A stretch of DNA of 64,000 nucleotides, from positions 69,750,001 through 69,814,000 of the forward strand of contig OX597825.1 in NCBI GenBank assembly GCA_951406725.2, read 5' to 3'. This document shows, piece after piece, positions 1 to 13,269 of this stretch. The DNA is from Octopus vulgaris (taxonomy: Eukaryota). How positions within the stretch are numbered: the first letter of the stretch is position 1; every line of letters begins with the position of its first letter. A model generated the notes under the pieces. It was given only the letters and a program-made list of their open reading frames with translations. It was not told the origin of the DNA and did no database searches. Position numbers and translations under genes: made by a program.

Positions 1-221
1 GAATATTGCCAGATTCTGAGCAGGTGAGCAAACTACAAATTGTCAACGAGCAGAAATAATTAATTCAGTTAGCGAACTACTGCTATAATCTGTTGCCGTA
101 ATATGTGCAGGTGAGATATTTCAGCTAGCACTGGACATTATTGCTTTGGGCAAGTCTCCTGACCAGATGACGATGAACAAATAATTTCAGTATATTGATA
201 TCAACTTCCTACCTTGTTATA

Positions 222-806
222 TTGGTTTCAAATTCTTGCACAAGGCCAGTAATTTCGACACTAGTGTTTAACTGGTGCCTATTTTATCGACCCAGAAAGG
301 ATAAGTGGAAGCACTCCGTCGGTTACGACGACGAGGGTTCCGGTTGATCCGATCAACAGAACAGCCTGCTCGTGAAATTACGTGTAAGTGGCTGAGCACT
401 CCACAGACACGTGTACCCTTAACGCAGTTCTCGGGGATATTCAGCGTGACACAGGGAGTGAAAAGGCCGGCCCTTTGAAATACAGGTACAACAGCAACAG
501 GAGGTAAGAGTGAGAGAAATTTGTGGTGAAAGAGTACAGCAGGAATCACCACCATCCCCTGCCGGAGCCTCGTTGAGCTTTTAGGTGTTTTCGCTCAATA
601 AACACTCACAACGCCCGGTCTGGGAATCGAAACCGCGATCCTACGACCGCGAGTCCGCTGCCCTAACCACTGGGCCATTCCGCCTCCCCAGAAAGGATAA
701 ATAACAAAGTCGACCTCGGTGGCATTTAAACTCAGAACATATAGATTGATGAAATGCCGCTAAGCCCTTTGCCCATCGAATTAACGATTCTGCCATCTCG
801 CCGTCT
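222..806 (-). mobile_element. SINE family B (Meta/MESC-like core), degenerate, interrupted by a family A SINE
   Basis: ggtgcctattttatcgacccagaaaggat...aaagtcgacctcggtggcatttaaactcagaac is the reverse complement of the family B body seen at 40724 and 60853. Confidence 0.75.
305..686 (-). mobile_element. tRNA-derived SINE family A, full length
   Basis: Minus strand starts with an A box (TGGCCCAGTGG) and B box (GTTTCGATTCC). Near-identical copies at 30806 and 59578. 14-bp TSD cccagaaaggataa at 291-304 and 687-700. Confidence 0.9.
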
Positions 807-1239
807 TCTTCCTGTCTAGTGATGTTAATCAAACTTAGTCAACAAGCATATATGGAGGTTATCCTCTGTACAAGAGCATTAATCCTAATATAACACAGAT
901 GCATTGTACGATAGCTTGGCTACATCACACAAGTCTTTTAATCCACGTTAGATCCCCAAATATCGTAAAATATTAAAATATTTTCTTAGAGAAAATTTGA
1001 GATCTCACCTCCATATATTAAACAACTACAACCTATTATTAAAATTACTGTTGAAATCCAATAGTTATGCATGTAACATATACCGAATGATGGGATTAGG
1101 CGCAGCTGCGTGGATTCTGACGATTTGGCACGACTGAGTAGACATAGAGCCTGTTTTGGCAACACTACATTAAGGCGGTGGAAGCGAAACACACTCATAT
1201 ACACATACGCACAAGAGCAGAAATATTTACATACAGTTC

Positions 1240-1271
<32 letters not shown>

Positions 1272-1758
1272 ATGTGTGTGTGAGAGTGTGTATGTGCGTG
1301 TGTGAGTAAAACTGAGAGAGAGAGAAAGAGAGGGAGGAATTGCAATTTATTGTAACGTGAGTATCATAAACATTTTCTCTCTTCCTCACACACATACAGA
1401 AATATACTCATGTACATAAATACACCGTACACAAGCATACACGCAGAGAGACAGTGAGCGAATGAAGAGAGAGAGAAAGGCGAGAGAACCATCAACATCA
1501 AATACGTTGCATCAAAACTGCTGCGCCAAATCGTCTCAAACCCAAAGATATACGACTTATATCATCATTACCGCTAAGAATTCTAGAGTTGTCTTTGAAA
1601 CTCTGGAATTCTAATTATTATCAAACGCAGTATTGGGGGGTGATTTGTGGGGGTTGGTCTATATGAGATGTAGATATTTTCGTCTGATGCGCGGTATGTG
1701 AATTTATTAAAATTAATGTACAGATTAACGGAAAATGACAGGAGATGGGAAATTCTAG

Positions 1759-1763
<5 letters not shown>

Positions 1764-1835
<72 letters not shown>

Positions 1836-1864
1836 TGTGTGCGTGTATACATATATATATGTAC

Positions 1865-1899
<35 letters not shown>

Positions 1900-1942
1900 T
1901 GTATGTAATATATATATATATACGTATATATATATGTATATA

Positions 1943-1976
<34 letters not shown>

Positions 1977-2009
1977 AGTGTATGTAATATATATATATAT
2001 ACGTATATA

Positions 2010-2066
<57 letters not shown>
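1764..2066. repeat. Compound (TA)n/(TG)n microsatellite
   Basis: Direct reading; representative of dozens of such tracts in the window. Confidence 0.95.
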
Positions 2067-2069
<3 letters not shown>

Positions 2070-2559
2070 ATTATTATTGAATCGGAATAGTCAAAGGATA
2101 TTAAACTCACCAGAACATCACTCGGTATTTTGTCATATCGAAATTCTTTTATCTTATAAAGATGTCGTTTCATTTCAGGATTCAGCTGGCAAAATATTTA
2201 TAAATTGTCTATGCTAATAAATTCTCTGATGTGACATGTAGAAAGTTACTCGTTTTCTTTGATCATGTATATAGTAAGATGCTTTAATGGGAAAATATAC
2301 ATAGCATGCATATATTAGTTGAGCATGATGCGTATAACTGTTTGTTCAGTCAAAAGAATCCCATTAAATATTGCGACCATTATTTCTCAAGCACCACATG
2401 TGCGGATCATGGCAAGTTTCGAAACGTGGTGCAAGTTTCATAAAGCGTAACGATGGCGCTGATATAGTAATTTCAATGGATATCCAGGTAACCCAGTTTA
2501 GTCTACAGGCTTCTTCATAAAACTTTCCACCGTGGTCGTGTATATAACTGTATAATACT

Positions 2560-2746
2560 GGCATAGGAGTGGCTGTGTGGTAAGTAGCTTGCTTACGAAC
2601 CACATGGTTCTGGGTTCAGTCCCCCTGCGTGTCACCTTGGGCAAGTGTCTTCTACTATAGCCTCGGGCCGACCAAAGCCTTGTGAGTGGATTTGGTAGAC
2701 GGAAACTGAAAGAAGCCCGTCGTATATATGTATATATATATATATT

Positions 2747-2777
<31 letters not shown>

Positions 2778-2993
2778 GTGTGTGTATACGTTTGTGTGTC
2801 TGTGTTTGTCCCTCCAGTATCGCTTGACAACTGATGCTGTTGTGTTTACGTCCCCATAACTTAGCGGTTCAGCAAAATAGACCTATAGAATAAGTACTAG
2901 GCTTACAAAAATATGTCCTCGTGTCTATTTGCTCGACTAAAGGCGGTGCTCTAGCATGGCCACACTCAAATGACTGAAACAAGTAAAAGAGTA
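2560..2993 (+). mobile_element. SINE family C (tRNA-like head, CORE-like segment, internal microsatellite)
   Basis: gtggctgtgtggtaag...gtcaccttgggcaagtgtc...(TA)n(TG)n...aaatgactgaaacaagtaaaag; copies at 37948, 39876 and 60349. Confidence 0.88.
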
Positions 2994-3409
2994 TACGTTT
3001 GCTCCATGTTAATATCCCGGGGCAGGTAGGGGTGGTGGTGGTGTGGAGTTCATTTCTTATTTGCCATTGAATTAGACATTGATATTATCTTCTTTCTCAA
3101 ATGTTTAAAATGTTATTGCAAAGTTAACAAAGAACGTATTAGCCATCAGAATGGAAACGTACGTGTGTATAAAACAAGGACGATATGTTGTTCAATAAAA
3201 GGTGAATACGTTAGGCAAAGACCAGTGTTATATCTGGGTTGAGCATTACTTCTAGACATGAAAAGAACTTTCATATATATATTGGCAAAAACATCTGCTT
3301 CCTAGCATTAAAGTGTGTTTTTATGTATGTATGTATGTATGTATGTATGTATGTATATATGTATGTATATATGTATGTATGTGTGAGTGTATGTGTGTTG
3401 TGCACGTAT

Positions 3410-3450
<41 letters not shown>

Positions 3451-3758
3451 ATATATATATATATATATATGTATGTTTTGACGTCATAGGGATGACTATG
3501 TGTGTTTATATATTGGCATGCTTTGTTTTGCATATGAATAATTACGCACAAAGATTCGACCTAAAGGGGAACTATAGCCAATGAGATAATTGCTTACTAT
3601 GTAATTAAAATATATTTATAACAACATTTATTCCACTAACTCTATTAGCGTTGCTATGGTTCTTCTACATTTTTCCAAACACATTTACATAGACACATAT
3701 GTAGATAGACAGATAGACAAATATATATATATATACACACACACATATATATATGTAT

Positions 3759-3802
<44 letters not shown>

Positions 3803-4204
3803 TGGCGTTTGGTTTTTGATTGTACTCACCAGAAAGAAAGTGGTCAACAAAATTAGATTTTATTGATCTCAGCGAAATTTCTTTAACGCCTACCCAACGC
3901 TCTCTTTCTGAAACTAATTTTGAAATCAATTTTAATTTTTTGTGGGATATTTTTTATCTTCGTTATTTATTTCATCTTTTAAATTTCACTGGTCATTTTT
4001 CTTTCATCTCGGCCTCATAAATTCCGCGAGTTTTAGAGGCGAAACAGGCAAAACTTCATTAACAAATATGAATTTTAAGCATTATTATGGAATGTAGCTG
4101 GGGATAAGAAACTCCCCACAACAATGTTGTATACTTTACTGGCCAAATGATTTAAATACGTTATGTATTCATTGTTCTCTCTCTCTCTCTCTCCCTCACT
4201 CTCC

Positions 4205-4253
<49 letters not shown>

Positions 4254-4254
<1 letters not shown>

Positions 4255-4642
4255 TAGCAGTATCGCCCGGCGTTGCTCGGGTTTGTTTCGACCCGCTGGA
4301 ATTGGAATATTTGAAAAGTAAAAATTTTGCATTATGTAGCTTGTTATTCTCTTCAAGTGAATATTTTTCTGGTTGAAATACACCAAAAAGTGGCGACACA
4401 GTAGTGAAAAAATTGTAAAAAGTAGGGATTTTCATAGTAAAAAACACCTTTTTGATGTAAATAGTTTTTGGTGTTAACATAGTCCGATTTGAATTTTATC
4501 TTCTACGGAAGGAAGAGCAACCCTTCTTCTATCATACTCTCAAATTTGGTCAACTTCCACCGCAGGGTCTCGGAGGAGATAGTGTTAGTTGAAGGCTACC
4601 AAACCTGGCGCTCACAGACAACTTCAGCTTTATATATAGAGA
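4254..4642 (-). mobile_element. Non-autonomous Helitron-like element, family H1
   Basis: Minus strand begins TC(TC)TATATATAAAG and ends with hairpin cccgagcaacgccggg then CTAG; no TSD; copies at 11674, 18566 and 27693. Confidence 0.75.
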
Positions 4643-5506
4643 TATAACACACACACATTAATACACATACATACACACACACACACACACATGTATGTAT
4701 GTATGTATGGATGTATGTATATATGTACATCTGTCCACTTCTTGCCATATTTTTATCCTTCAATTCCTACACACACACACACACACAGACACACACACAC
4801 ACACACATACACACACATGCGCGCACACACACAGACACACACAGACCTTCTTAGCTTACAATTTCTTTCTTTCAACAATTGACAACTGAAGTACGCTCGC
4901 AAATTAATACAACGAAAACTTAGCGACAGAAAGTAAATTAAAAACCAATTTACCTTTTCTGTTGAGTTATCATGGCAATTCGACCGCCTGATTTCCTTAA
5001 ATCCGTCTCTTTTCTTCAACTGAACTTACTTCCAATCGTTTCTTAAAGTCCTTTGTGAAATCTAGGAGTGTTTCCTTTTGTTCTTTCTCGAGAAAGTTTT
5101 GTTTCCTCGACACTAAAAACTAATGGGAAGTAGACAACAGTCCCAGTACATTTGGTGTAATAGTGTAACTCATAATGTGAGCGGCTAACATCTACTCACC
5201 ATATGTCAGTGAATTGTTGGTGTGTGTTTGAAAATGTGTTCGAATGAGGAAGTGAATTGTGTTTGGCGCCTTTTTTACTAATAACAAACACACACGTGTG
5301 TGTGTGTGTTTGAGTGTTTGTATGTAGTTGTTTGAAACGTTTGTGTTTGTCACTGTCATATATATGTATATGTTTGCGTGTCTATGTGTGTGTGAGGAGT
5401 AAATTGTTATGTATTTATTTGTTTCTGTTTCCTCTGTTTCTTTTGTTGAGGAGTGGTTTGCAAAGAGAAAGTATATATATATATGTTTGCGTGTCTATGT
5501 GTGTGT

Positions 5507-6044
5507 TGTGAGGAGTAAATCGTTATGTAATTTTGGTCTCTGTTTCCTGTCTGTATTTTTTTAGTAGTGTTTTAAGCTACACTTGCAAAGAGAAAGTAGG
5601 AGAAAGTGTGGTAATAGAAGGAGTAAAGCATTTGAAATGAGAGAGGGAAATCGTAAAATATTGAGGTTTCTCGAATTTTTGCTTAATTGGGGGTCAAATT
5701 GAAAGAAATTTATATACCATGACACAGTGGAATGTACTTCGAAAAATTATAGGTAAATTCTAATTGAAGAAATTGTGTGAGGAGTAAATCGTTATGTATT
5801 TATTTGTTTCTGTTTCCTCTGCATTTTTTTTTTGAGTAGTGTTTTAAGGTACACTTGCAAAGAGAAAGTAGGAGAAAGTGTGGTAATAGAAGGAGTGAAG
5901 CAATTGAAATGAGAGAGGCAAATCGTAAAATATTTAGTTTTCTCGAATTTTTGCTTAATTGGGGATCAAATTGAAAAAAATTTATATGCCATGAATCAAT
6001 CGAATCTACTTCGAAAAATCATAGGTAAATTCCAATTGAAGAAA
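5507..6044. repeat. Tandem duplication of about 269 bp (2 copies, plus a partial copy at 5370-5472)
   Basis: gaggagtaaatcgttatgta at 5510 and 5779, both running to aattgaagaaat. Confidence 0.85.
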
Positions 6045-6491
6045 TACTATATTGTACAATTGTATTAAAAAGAAACATAGTCACAGGCAGAGTAAATCTG
6101 CCTTTTATCTTAAGATATATATATATATACTACATTAAAAATAGACTTCGGTCTTGTTCGCATGCAATGTTTCACAGCCAAAACGACAGATAAATGGAAA
6201 TTACTTTGAAAGTAAAGTAACCCTGAAGTGTGAATATAAACAGAATAAAACATGTTTTGCGCAAATTGGACGAGTGGTTATTGAGATATGCTGGGGCACC
6301 GACGTGAAGAAATTTCAATCAAATGTAAAGGCTCCAGTACTTATTTTCTTGTAACTTGAGCTTGGGCAAGGGCGCTCTATTCGTTTGCAGAACCGCTAAG
6401 TTACAGGGACGTAAACACACCAATACGAGCCACGGTGGGGGACAAACCCAGACACAAAGACAAACACATAGATATATATACTATCTATCTA

Positions 6492-6554
<63 letters not shown>

Positions 6555-6718
6555 AAATCAAATGGCGATAAAATAAAAATAATTATAATCGCTGGTATTA
6601 CTAACACAAGCCATATATTTTTCATATATCAGCACATTAAGGCGAAATATGTGCTAGGAATACAGAAGCTTGATAAATTAAGTGAAATGAAGATAAAAAC
6701 ATTTACTAAACCGGTAAT

Positions 6719-6790
6719 TCTCAGACTGCAGTTTCTTTCTTTTCAGCAATAAAGATAATTTATCTGCTCAGGGAGAATTCTTCAGTGAGA
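6719..6790 (-). ncRNA. Type I hammerhead ribozyme motif, canonical core
   Basis: Minus strand tctca-CTGAAGA-[ttct...agaa stem II]-GAAAC-TGCA-GTC-tgaga; 5-bp stem I, palindromic stem III ACTGCAGT, GUC cleavage triplet. Confidence 0.8.
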
Positions 6791-6905
6791 CCCTGTCTTT
6801 CTGGGATCCTAACTCACTAGAAGCATGTGCTTCTAATGATTTACTCTCCCTAACTAATCATATCACTGCGCAGACTCCGAACGTCCCGACAAAAAAATAT
6901 ATATA

Positions 6906-7950
6906 CTAGCTAGTGTACCCGGTAATTCCCAGCAGTAAAGATATTCCATTGAAACGCCTTATTACTTTCATTATAACTGCCACAAAAGTTATATTTTCAA
7001 TAACGAAAAAGTGCAGAAAACTGTCAGTAGGAGGGAAAGATTTTGGAGGTTGGCGAGAGAGGTTTTCGGAGTTTGCGAGAAAGATTGCCAGAGGTTGGTG
7101 AAAGAGGTTGTCAGAGGTTATTCTGCTTAGCGAAGGCATCTGGGAAATGTATAACTGCTGTCATTCAGAGAAAAACTATTATTTTACCGTGAGAAAATGC
7201 TGCGGAAGTGTTAAGTGAAATTTGGCAATAGAGGATTGGATTCCCGCTATGGTTACGTGAAGCCACTACAAATACGTTATAGAATAAAAAATATGATCTA
7301 CTATCATGAAAAAGTGTAACTGAAATTATCGGAGTAATGGGCATTGAAAAATATATGTATGTATAGAAATGCATGAATGAAGTCTTTAAGGTTTAAGATT
7401 CAAATTAAGGAAGTGCAAAAATAATGTTTAGCAGTTCAAAACAGTGAGTAGTGAAATGCAGAATTAGGTCGGCTGATAGTGAGAATCAAATATTGATCGT
7501 TTCGTAAAATCTGCAGGTTGTATGGGTTATTTCTCTTGAGTTGTTTAATTAAAATATTAGTAATATGTAGTAGATATAAGGATCCATTGAAAGGGACCTA
7601 TTGTCGAATTTTTAAACAGTCTAAGTATGTGTACGAGGTTTCCAGATATGAGTTCTATTCACGTGTCAAATAAAGAATAAAAGTGATATTGTCTGCAAAA
7701 ATTAGAAATAGGACACAAAAAGATCGATATTCAAGGTAATGGAACATAAACAATAAATGGGTTACTTCCCTTGAGTGTTTAAAAATATTGTACACGTGCT
7801 ATGGGTTATATCCGTTGGGTGTTTTAAAAAATAGTGATATGAGGTAGATATAAAGGTCCCTTCCAAGTCCCTTCCAGAGGCTGCATTATCGATTTTTTAA
7901 CAATGTAAGTATGTCACGAAGTTTCCAGACAAGAGTTCTTATCATGTGTC
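6906..7950 (-). mobile_element. Possible Helitron-like relic with an internal duplicated block
   Basis: CTAG terminus next to a TA run at 6906; similar blocks at about 7520-7670 and 7800-7950. Confidence 0.35.
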
Positions 7951-8118
7951 AAATCTCATTAAAATCAATAAAATGTTGTAGGAGGAGTTAGCTAACAACG
8001 CCACAAGCAAACACACACCGATTTTCCATATGTTTAGTAAACATATGCATATATATATATATATATATATATGTCTGTCTTTCTCGCCCCCCTCTCTGTC
8101 GCTCTGTTTCTCTCTCGT

Positions 8119-8159
<41 letters not shown>

Positions 8160-8333
8160 GGTGGCTATACCAGAATAAGGTGCTATTTTTAGCACTAGAG
8201 TTAACCACTTAACGGTAACTCTCTTATATTTACGTACAAATTTGTATTGTCTCCCTGGTTTTTATGTGCTAGGCCACTTGGTGTTAAACTGATGGTATTA
8301 TTAAATTAATATCTAATTTTTCACCCTCATTTA

Positions 8334-8394
<61 letters not shown>

Positions 8395-9158
8395 TTATGT
8401 ACACACACATATGAACACTACTTTCTCATATAGCAGAGTTTTGTAAGTTAAAACACCATAGATTATATTCTTCATTCCCAGCTTACCAGGACAACTTATA
8501 CCCCCATAGATAGATACTATATGATGTATGCGCTGATGTCCACTCATGATTAACCCATGACATGAATATATAATGTAATCACGACTGTAGCACTTAATAT
8601 ATCATCTCTGTTTTATTACGACGATATCCGTCTCATCCGAAGAGAAGAATCTTTATCTTGCAGGCGCATGGATACCCCCTCTCTCTCCCTCTTCATCTAT
8701 GTGTTTAATGTGCTTTAAATTCTATAATATACTAAATTTATGATATATACCAATATTGAAAATGTCTGTAACCTCATACTAAATGATATATCATATACGT
8801 GAAAAGATATCAAACACAATAAGATATATAAAGAAGATCATAAATACAAAATTAATAACAAAGAGTTTGTGTATGAAACGAATATAATATAAAGTAATTT
8901 AATAGTTTTCTGCATTTCAAATAGATACTGCTGTGTGCTATCTTGATACCGTATACCTATATATGATTTTCACAGCAAATATTTGATTTGATGATAGATA
9001 ATGAAAGTTGAAGGGCTGTTAAGTTCGATATATTTCTTATAATTATCTTATATCCTTTGGTGCTTTACTTGCGCGAAATAGATCTCGGTCGAGAATATCA
9101 CATATTCGTATATTGCACCGTCTCATACCATAACTAGTAATAAATCATACAGGCATAT

Positions 9159-9199
<41 letters not shown>

Positions 9200-9210
<11 letters not shown>

Positions 9211-9406
9211 CTTGTGTCTGTATTTGCCCCCCTCACCACCATCGCGTGACAACCGATGTTGCTGTCTTTTCGTTCCCGTAACTTAGAGGTTCGGCAAAAG
9301 AATCGATAGATTCAGAAGTCCTGGGGTCAATATATTCGTTAAAAAAGCGGTGCCTCAGCATGGCCGCAGTCAAATGGGAGAAACAAATAAAAGAACAAAA
9401 GAATAA

Positions 9407-9410
<4 letters not shown>
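9200..9410 (+). mobile_element. SINE family C, 3' half
   Basis: gacaaccgatg...cgtaacttagaggttcggcaaaag...cagcatggccgcagtcaaatg. Confidence 0.8.
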
Positions 9411-9442
<32 letters not shown>

Positions 9443-9821
9443 CGCATCTCCAGAAACATAACTACACATACACTTATATAGTACATATATATGTTTGTAT
9501 GTGTGTGTGTATGTGTGTGTGCAAATATCTTTTGGTATAGATTTATTCCACAGTGTTATTACACTATCGAGGACTTCGGTTGCTTTATTGCATTTAAACC
9601 CAATGGGATACATACATGTCTCATATGAATAGATACATACGTGCATACATACATACATACATACTTACATACTTCGCCCAATACAAACGCCCAATACAAA
9701 CGCATGATGGTAGGGTTTTGTAATACTGTTTCTTTTGGGTTGTAATATTGGAGCGCTTGAAACCTAATATCTCGATGATGTATTTATGTATTCCAATAAA
9801 GGAATTTGACCTACGAAAATC

Positions 9822-9951
9822 TAGTTCTATATTTAAGAGATGAGGAATTATGTACATTATTTACATTATTCACATTTGACGGACATATGGCGTAGTGGTT
9901 CAGAGCACGGGCTACTAACCCCAAGATTCCCTGTTCGATTCCAGACAGTGA

Positions 9952-9982
<31 letters not shown>

Positions 9983-10137
9983 GATAATAAATGCAATAAC
10001 ATCGATAAATACCTTAGGAATGAGAACTTAGGTTCGAAATTTCCCCAAGCCACCTGATGAAGGCTGCAAGGTATATCAGCTGAAACGTTGTGTTAACAAG
10101 ATAAGGACAAATATTCGTCAAATGTAAATAATGTAAT
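9822..10137 (+). mobile_element. tRNA-headed, hammerhead-tailed short retroelement with inverted terminal copy
   Basis: A box TGGCGTAGTGG 9888-9898, B box GTTCGATTCC 9933-9942, (AAT)n spacer, hammerhead 10051-10092; 9853-9886 is an inverted copy of 10111-10135. Confidence 0.72.
10051..10092 (+). ncRNA. Minimal type I hammerhead ribozyme motif
   Basis: cac-CTGATGA-a-ggctg...cagct-GAAAC-GTT-gtg; palindromic AACGTT stem III of the dimer-cleaving type. Confidence 0.75.
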
Positions 10138-10231
10138 TAATCTGTCATCCATTTTGACTTACGTCATATTTTGCTCATATAGAGCACTAACTAGGTACGC
10201 TGTAAAAAGGTTTCCCTTTTTTCTCACTATT

Positions 10232-10280
<49 letters not shown>

Positions 10281-10457
10281 ATTATGCTTATAATTATAGA
10301 ATATTTGTATAACGTTACCTTAAATGTTCATTTTAACGTACCGAACTAACTGGTAAATATATTAATTATTAATTAATTATTGATTAATTAATTAATTTTA
10401 CCCTTTTATGATATATCTATATATATATACATATGTGTGTGTGTGTACAGACGTATT

Positions 10458-10494
<37 letters not shown>

Positions 10495-11089
10495 TGGTCG
10501 TCCCTCAGGACACCCAAACGGGTTTCGGCTGCGCATACTATATGAGTCACAGGACGCTGTTTATAATATTCTCTTCTTGGTCTATTACAATACTTTTTCC
10601 TCCATATCAAAATTAATACCAACATTGAAATTATGAATTATATATCAGTTCTCCGCATCATATACAATAATCCATCACTTTCCATATAATGATACCCATA
10701 TAACCCACATTTTAAACTCATGATATTAGCACGCTTCTTTATTAAAACATAATATCAGTATAAATTCAATCCATAGATCTCTCACATTTTAAATTATAAG
10801 ATTGAAAAACTTTAATACCAAAGTTTATAGAATAATCTGTAATATTTCATTGTTAAAATGGAATATTCCTATATTCCAATTTTATACACTCATAACCATT
10901 ATAATTACTCTTTTGTTTTCAGCAATTTACTTAATAACCCTGTATATATATTTTTTCTATGTAACCCACATTTTTTTAATAAAATGCTATTACAAGCATT
11001 TATCTTTTATTTTCTAAAATCTTATAGACCAACATCAACAACTATTGAAACATTCAACTTATCTACATATATGCACTGTAAAACTCCAC

Positions 11090-11143
<54 letters not shown>

Positions 11144-11520
11144 GTATTATCCACAGATCTTATAAATATATTTCTCTAGTAAATGAAATGGTAATTTGTT
11201 TCTCATAATAAAATCCTCAGGGGAAAAAATTAACCACACGAACAAATGGAGATTACTAGTTATTACAATTGTACTTTAGAAATGTCTAACGAATTATAAA
11301 CTACATATTTTTTCAATTTTTTTCACATAAAAACGTAAATTCCTCTCACAAGTAAGTGCACTATAATTTATTATATACCTAATACTTTTTCTTTGAACAA
11401 TGGAAAGTATATATAGGCCATTGAAATAATAAATAATATGTGTTATAACTTTTCTCTGAATTACATTCTAAAATAATATCGCAGTATAAAATATAAAATA
11501 ACTCTGTCCTCTTTCTCTTT

Positions 11521-11612
11521 TATTACTTCCGTCTTAGCGAAGGCGGTAGTATTGTTCTCAGTCGTATTTGTTTGTTTGACCGTGAACAAGATCTCTCAAG
11601 ATGTTTGGCCAC
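11521..11612 (+). mobile_element. Possible Helentron/HINE-like terminal fragment
   Basis: tattacttccgtcttagcgaaggcggtagta hairpin followed by (gttt)n, resembling DINE/HINE-type ends. Confidence 0.35.
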
Positions 11613-11673
11613 GTGACTGGCACAAACCCATGAGATTTTGTGATCTGTTTTATTATTACCCATGCGGGCCAAC

Positions 11674-12053
11674 ATAGAGCTGAAGTTGTCTGTGTGAGTG
11701 TGTGGCAGGTTTGGTAGCCTCCGAGACCCTGCTGCGCAAGTTGACCAAAATTGAGAGTATGATAGAAGAAGGCTTGTCCTTCATTCCGTAGAAGAAAAAA
11801 TTCAAATCGGACCATGTTAACACCAAACATTATTTACATCAAAAAGGATCTTTTTTTCTATGAAAATCCCTATCTTTTACGATTTTTTGACTGCTGTATC
11901 GCTATTTTTCGGTGTATTTCAACCAGAAAAATGTTCACTTAAAGAGAATAACAAGCTACATAATGCCAGAATTTTTACTTTTCAAAAATTACAATTCTAA
12001 AGGGTCGAAAAAAAAAACAAACAAACCCGAGCAACGCCGGGCTACACTGCTAG
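11674..12053 (+). mobile_element. Non-autonomous Helitron-like element, family H1
   Basis: Reverse complement of 4254-4642; ends cccgagcaacgccgggc-tacactg-CTAG followed by t. Confidence 0.75.
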
Positions 12054-12281
12054 TTATTGAAATAACCGGGACTGAGTAATAAATATAACGCCGTCATCCG
12101 CGTTCTTTTCTTTCCCTGCGTTTATAACCTGCAAAGAATGCACCTTCTCATAATCGCTACAGTTTTCTAGATTTACTGTTTGTATTCAGCATCTCTCAAT
12201 TTTGTTTTTCGATTAACAGAGTACTTATGATGTAATTATGATATATATTTATATTCTGTTCTTCCCGATTTATATTTTTAG

Positions 12282-12426
12282 GGCTTCAATGAAGTTGAAA
12301 AACATCTCCGTGATAATGGAATATGTATAGCCCGAACAGAGAAACTTCTTAAGGATTCTGGTGTGGCTGGGACTGAAGCCTACGATAAGATTGTTGACAA
12401 TCTCAAATTGAAATCAAATGCACGGG
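12282..12426 (+). CDS. Internal coding exon of a class C GPCR (metabotropic glutamate receptor-like, mangetout/mXR-like), Venus flytrap domain
   Basis: Pyrimidine tract plus AG at 12280-12281 and GTAAGT donor at 12427. Translates GFNEVEKHLRDNGICIARTEKLLKDSGVAGTEAYDKIVDNLKLKSNAR(G), with the mGluR-type ICIA..EK and KIV..L....NARG motifs. Confidence 0.9.
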
Positions 12427-12838
12427 GTAAGTTGAATTTTTAACTAATGCATTTTACCATAAAAAAACATGTGCGCGTGTGTATGTGTGTGTGTTTGAAT
12501 CAGTATTATGCAATCTGGCAATTCTTTTACATGGAATTTCGCCAGCATTTCTGAACCAAGGCCCTGAAGAAATTGTATACATAGATATGACTTGCTTATC
12601 AATGAAATTTTTGTTTTTTTTAATTTGTTACATTATATTATATTTTACAGCATATTATATCATTATATCATAATGTAATAAATTGTTAGATTGTCAATTA
12701 TATTTCTCTATTTAGTTTATTGTTTGTAATTTGTATTTATACTCCTATTTCTGTGGGATTCAACTGCCGTACCAGTGAATTGGACGTTTTACCCCCCTTT
12801 GAAGGAATCATTTTACCTTCGTTTGTTATACCTTCGTT

Positions 12839-12877
<39 letters not shown>

Positions 12878-13179
12878 GTATTACTATAAAGTCAGAACTA
12901 CCATAATAAACGTTTTGATTTAAAAGTGCATTTTGTCCACTGAATATGAAATCATATGATCTGCTGCTGAATCTGGTTTTAGAAGGCCCGCTGCGAGAGT
13001 GGCATTCCCTCGCGTTCGGTACAATATGTTTATTATGTTAGTTTTGATTTTAAGAGTCCATCCTAGCGTGAGGCAAAAGGGAATAATTAATAATTGTTTC
13101 CCTTATACGGTTTTTCCTGCTAATTACTTGATAATTTCTGATAAAGATTTTATCCTATTTTTAAATTGCATATTTTATG

Positions 13180-13217
<38 letters not shown>

Positions 13218-13269
13218 TATATATATATATATATATATTTGTATATGTATACAGAAAGATAAAGAGACT

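Noticed and set aside
1583-2217. Long YI/HT/VC-repeat ORFs here and throughout the window
   Set aside because: Translations of (TA)n, (CA)n and (TATC)n microsatellites; not genes
8604-8646. Hammerhead-like CGGATGA-gacg-gatat-cgtc-GTAA on minus strand
   Set aside because: Both core halves deviate and stem I is unconvincing; at best a decayed relic
10493-10585. Minus-strand cagccGAAACccgtttgggtGTC hammerhead half
   Set aside because: No matching CUGANGA with stem II upstream; cannot be supported
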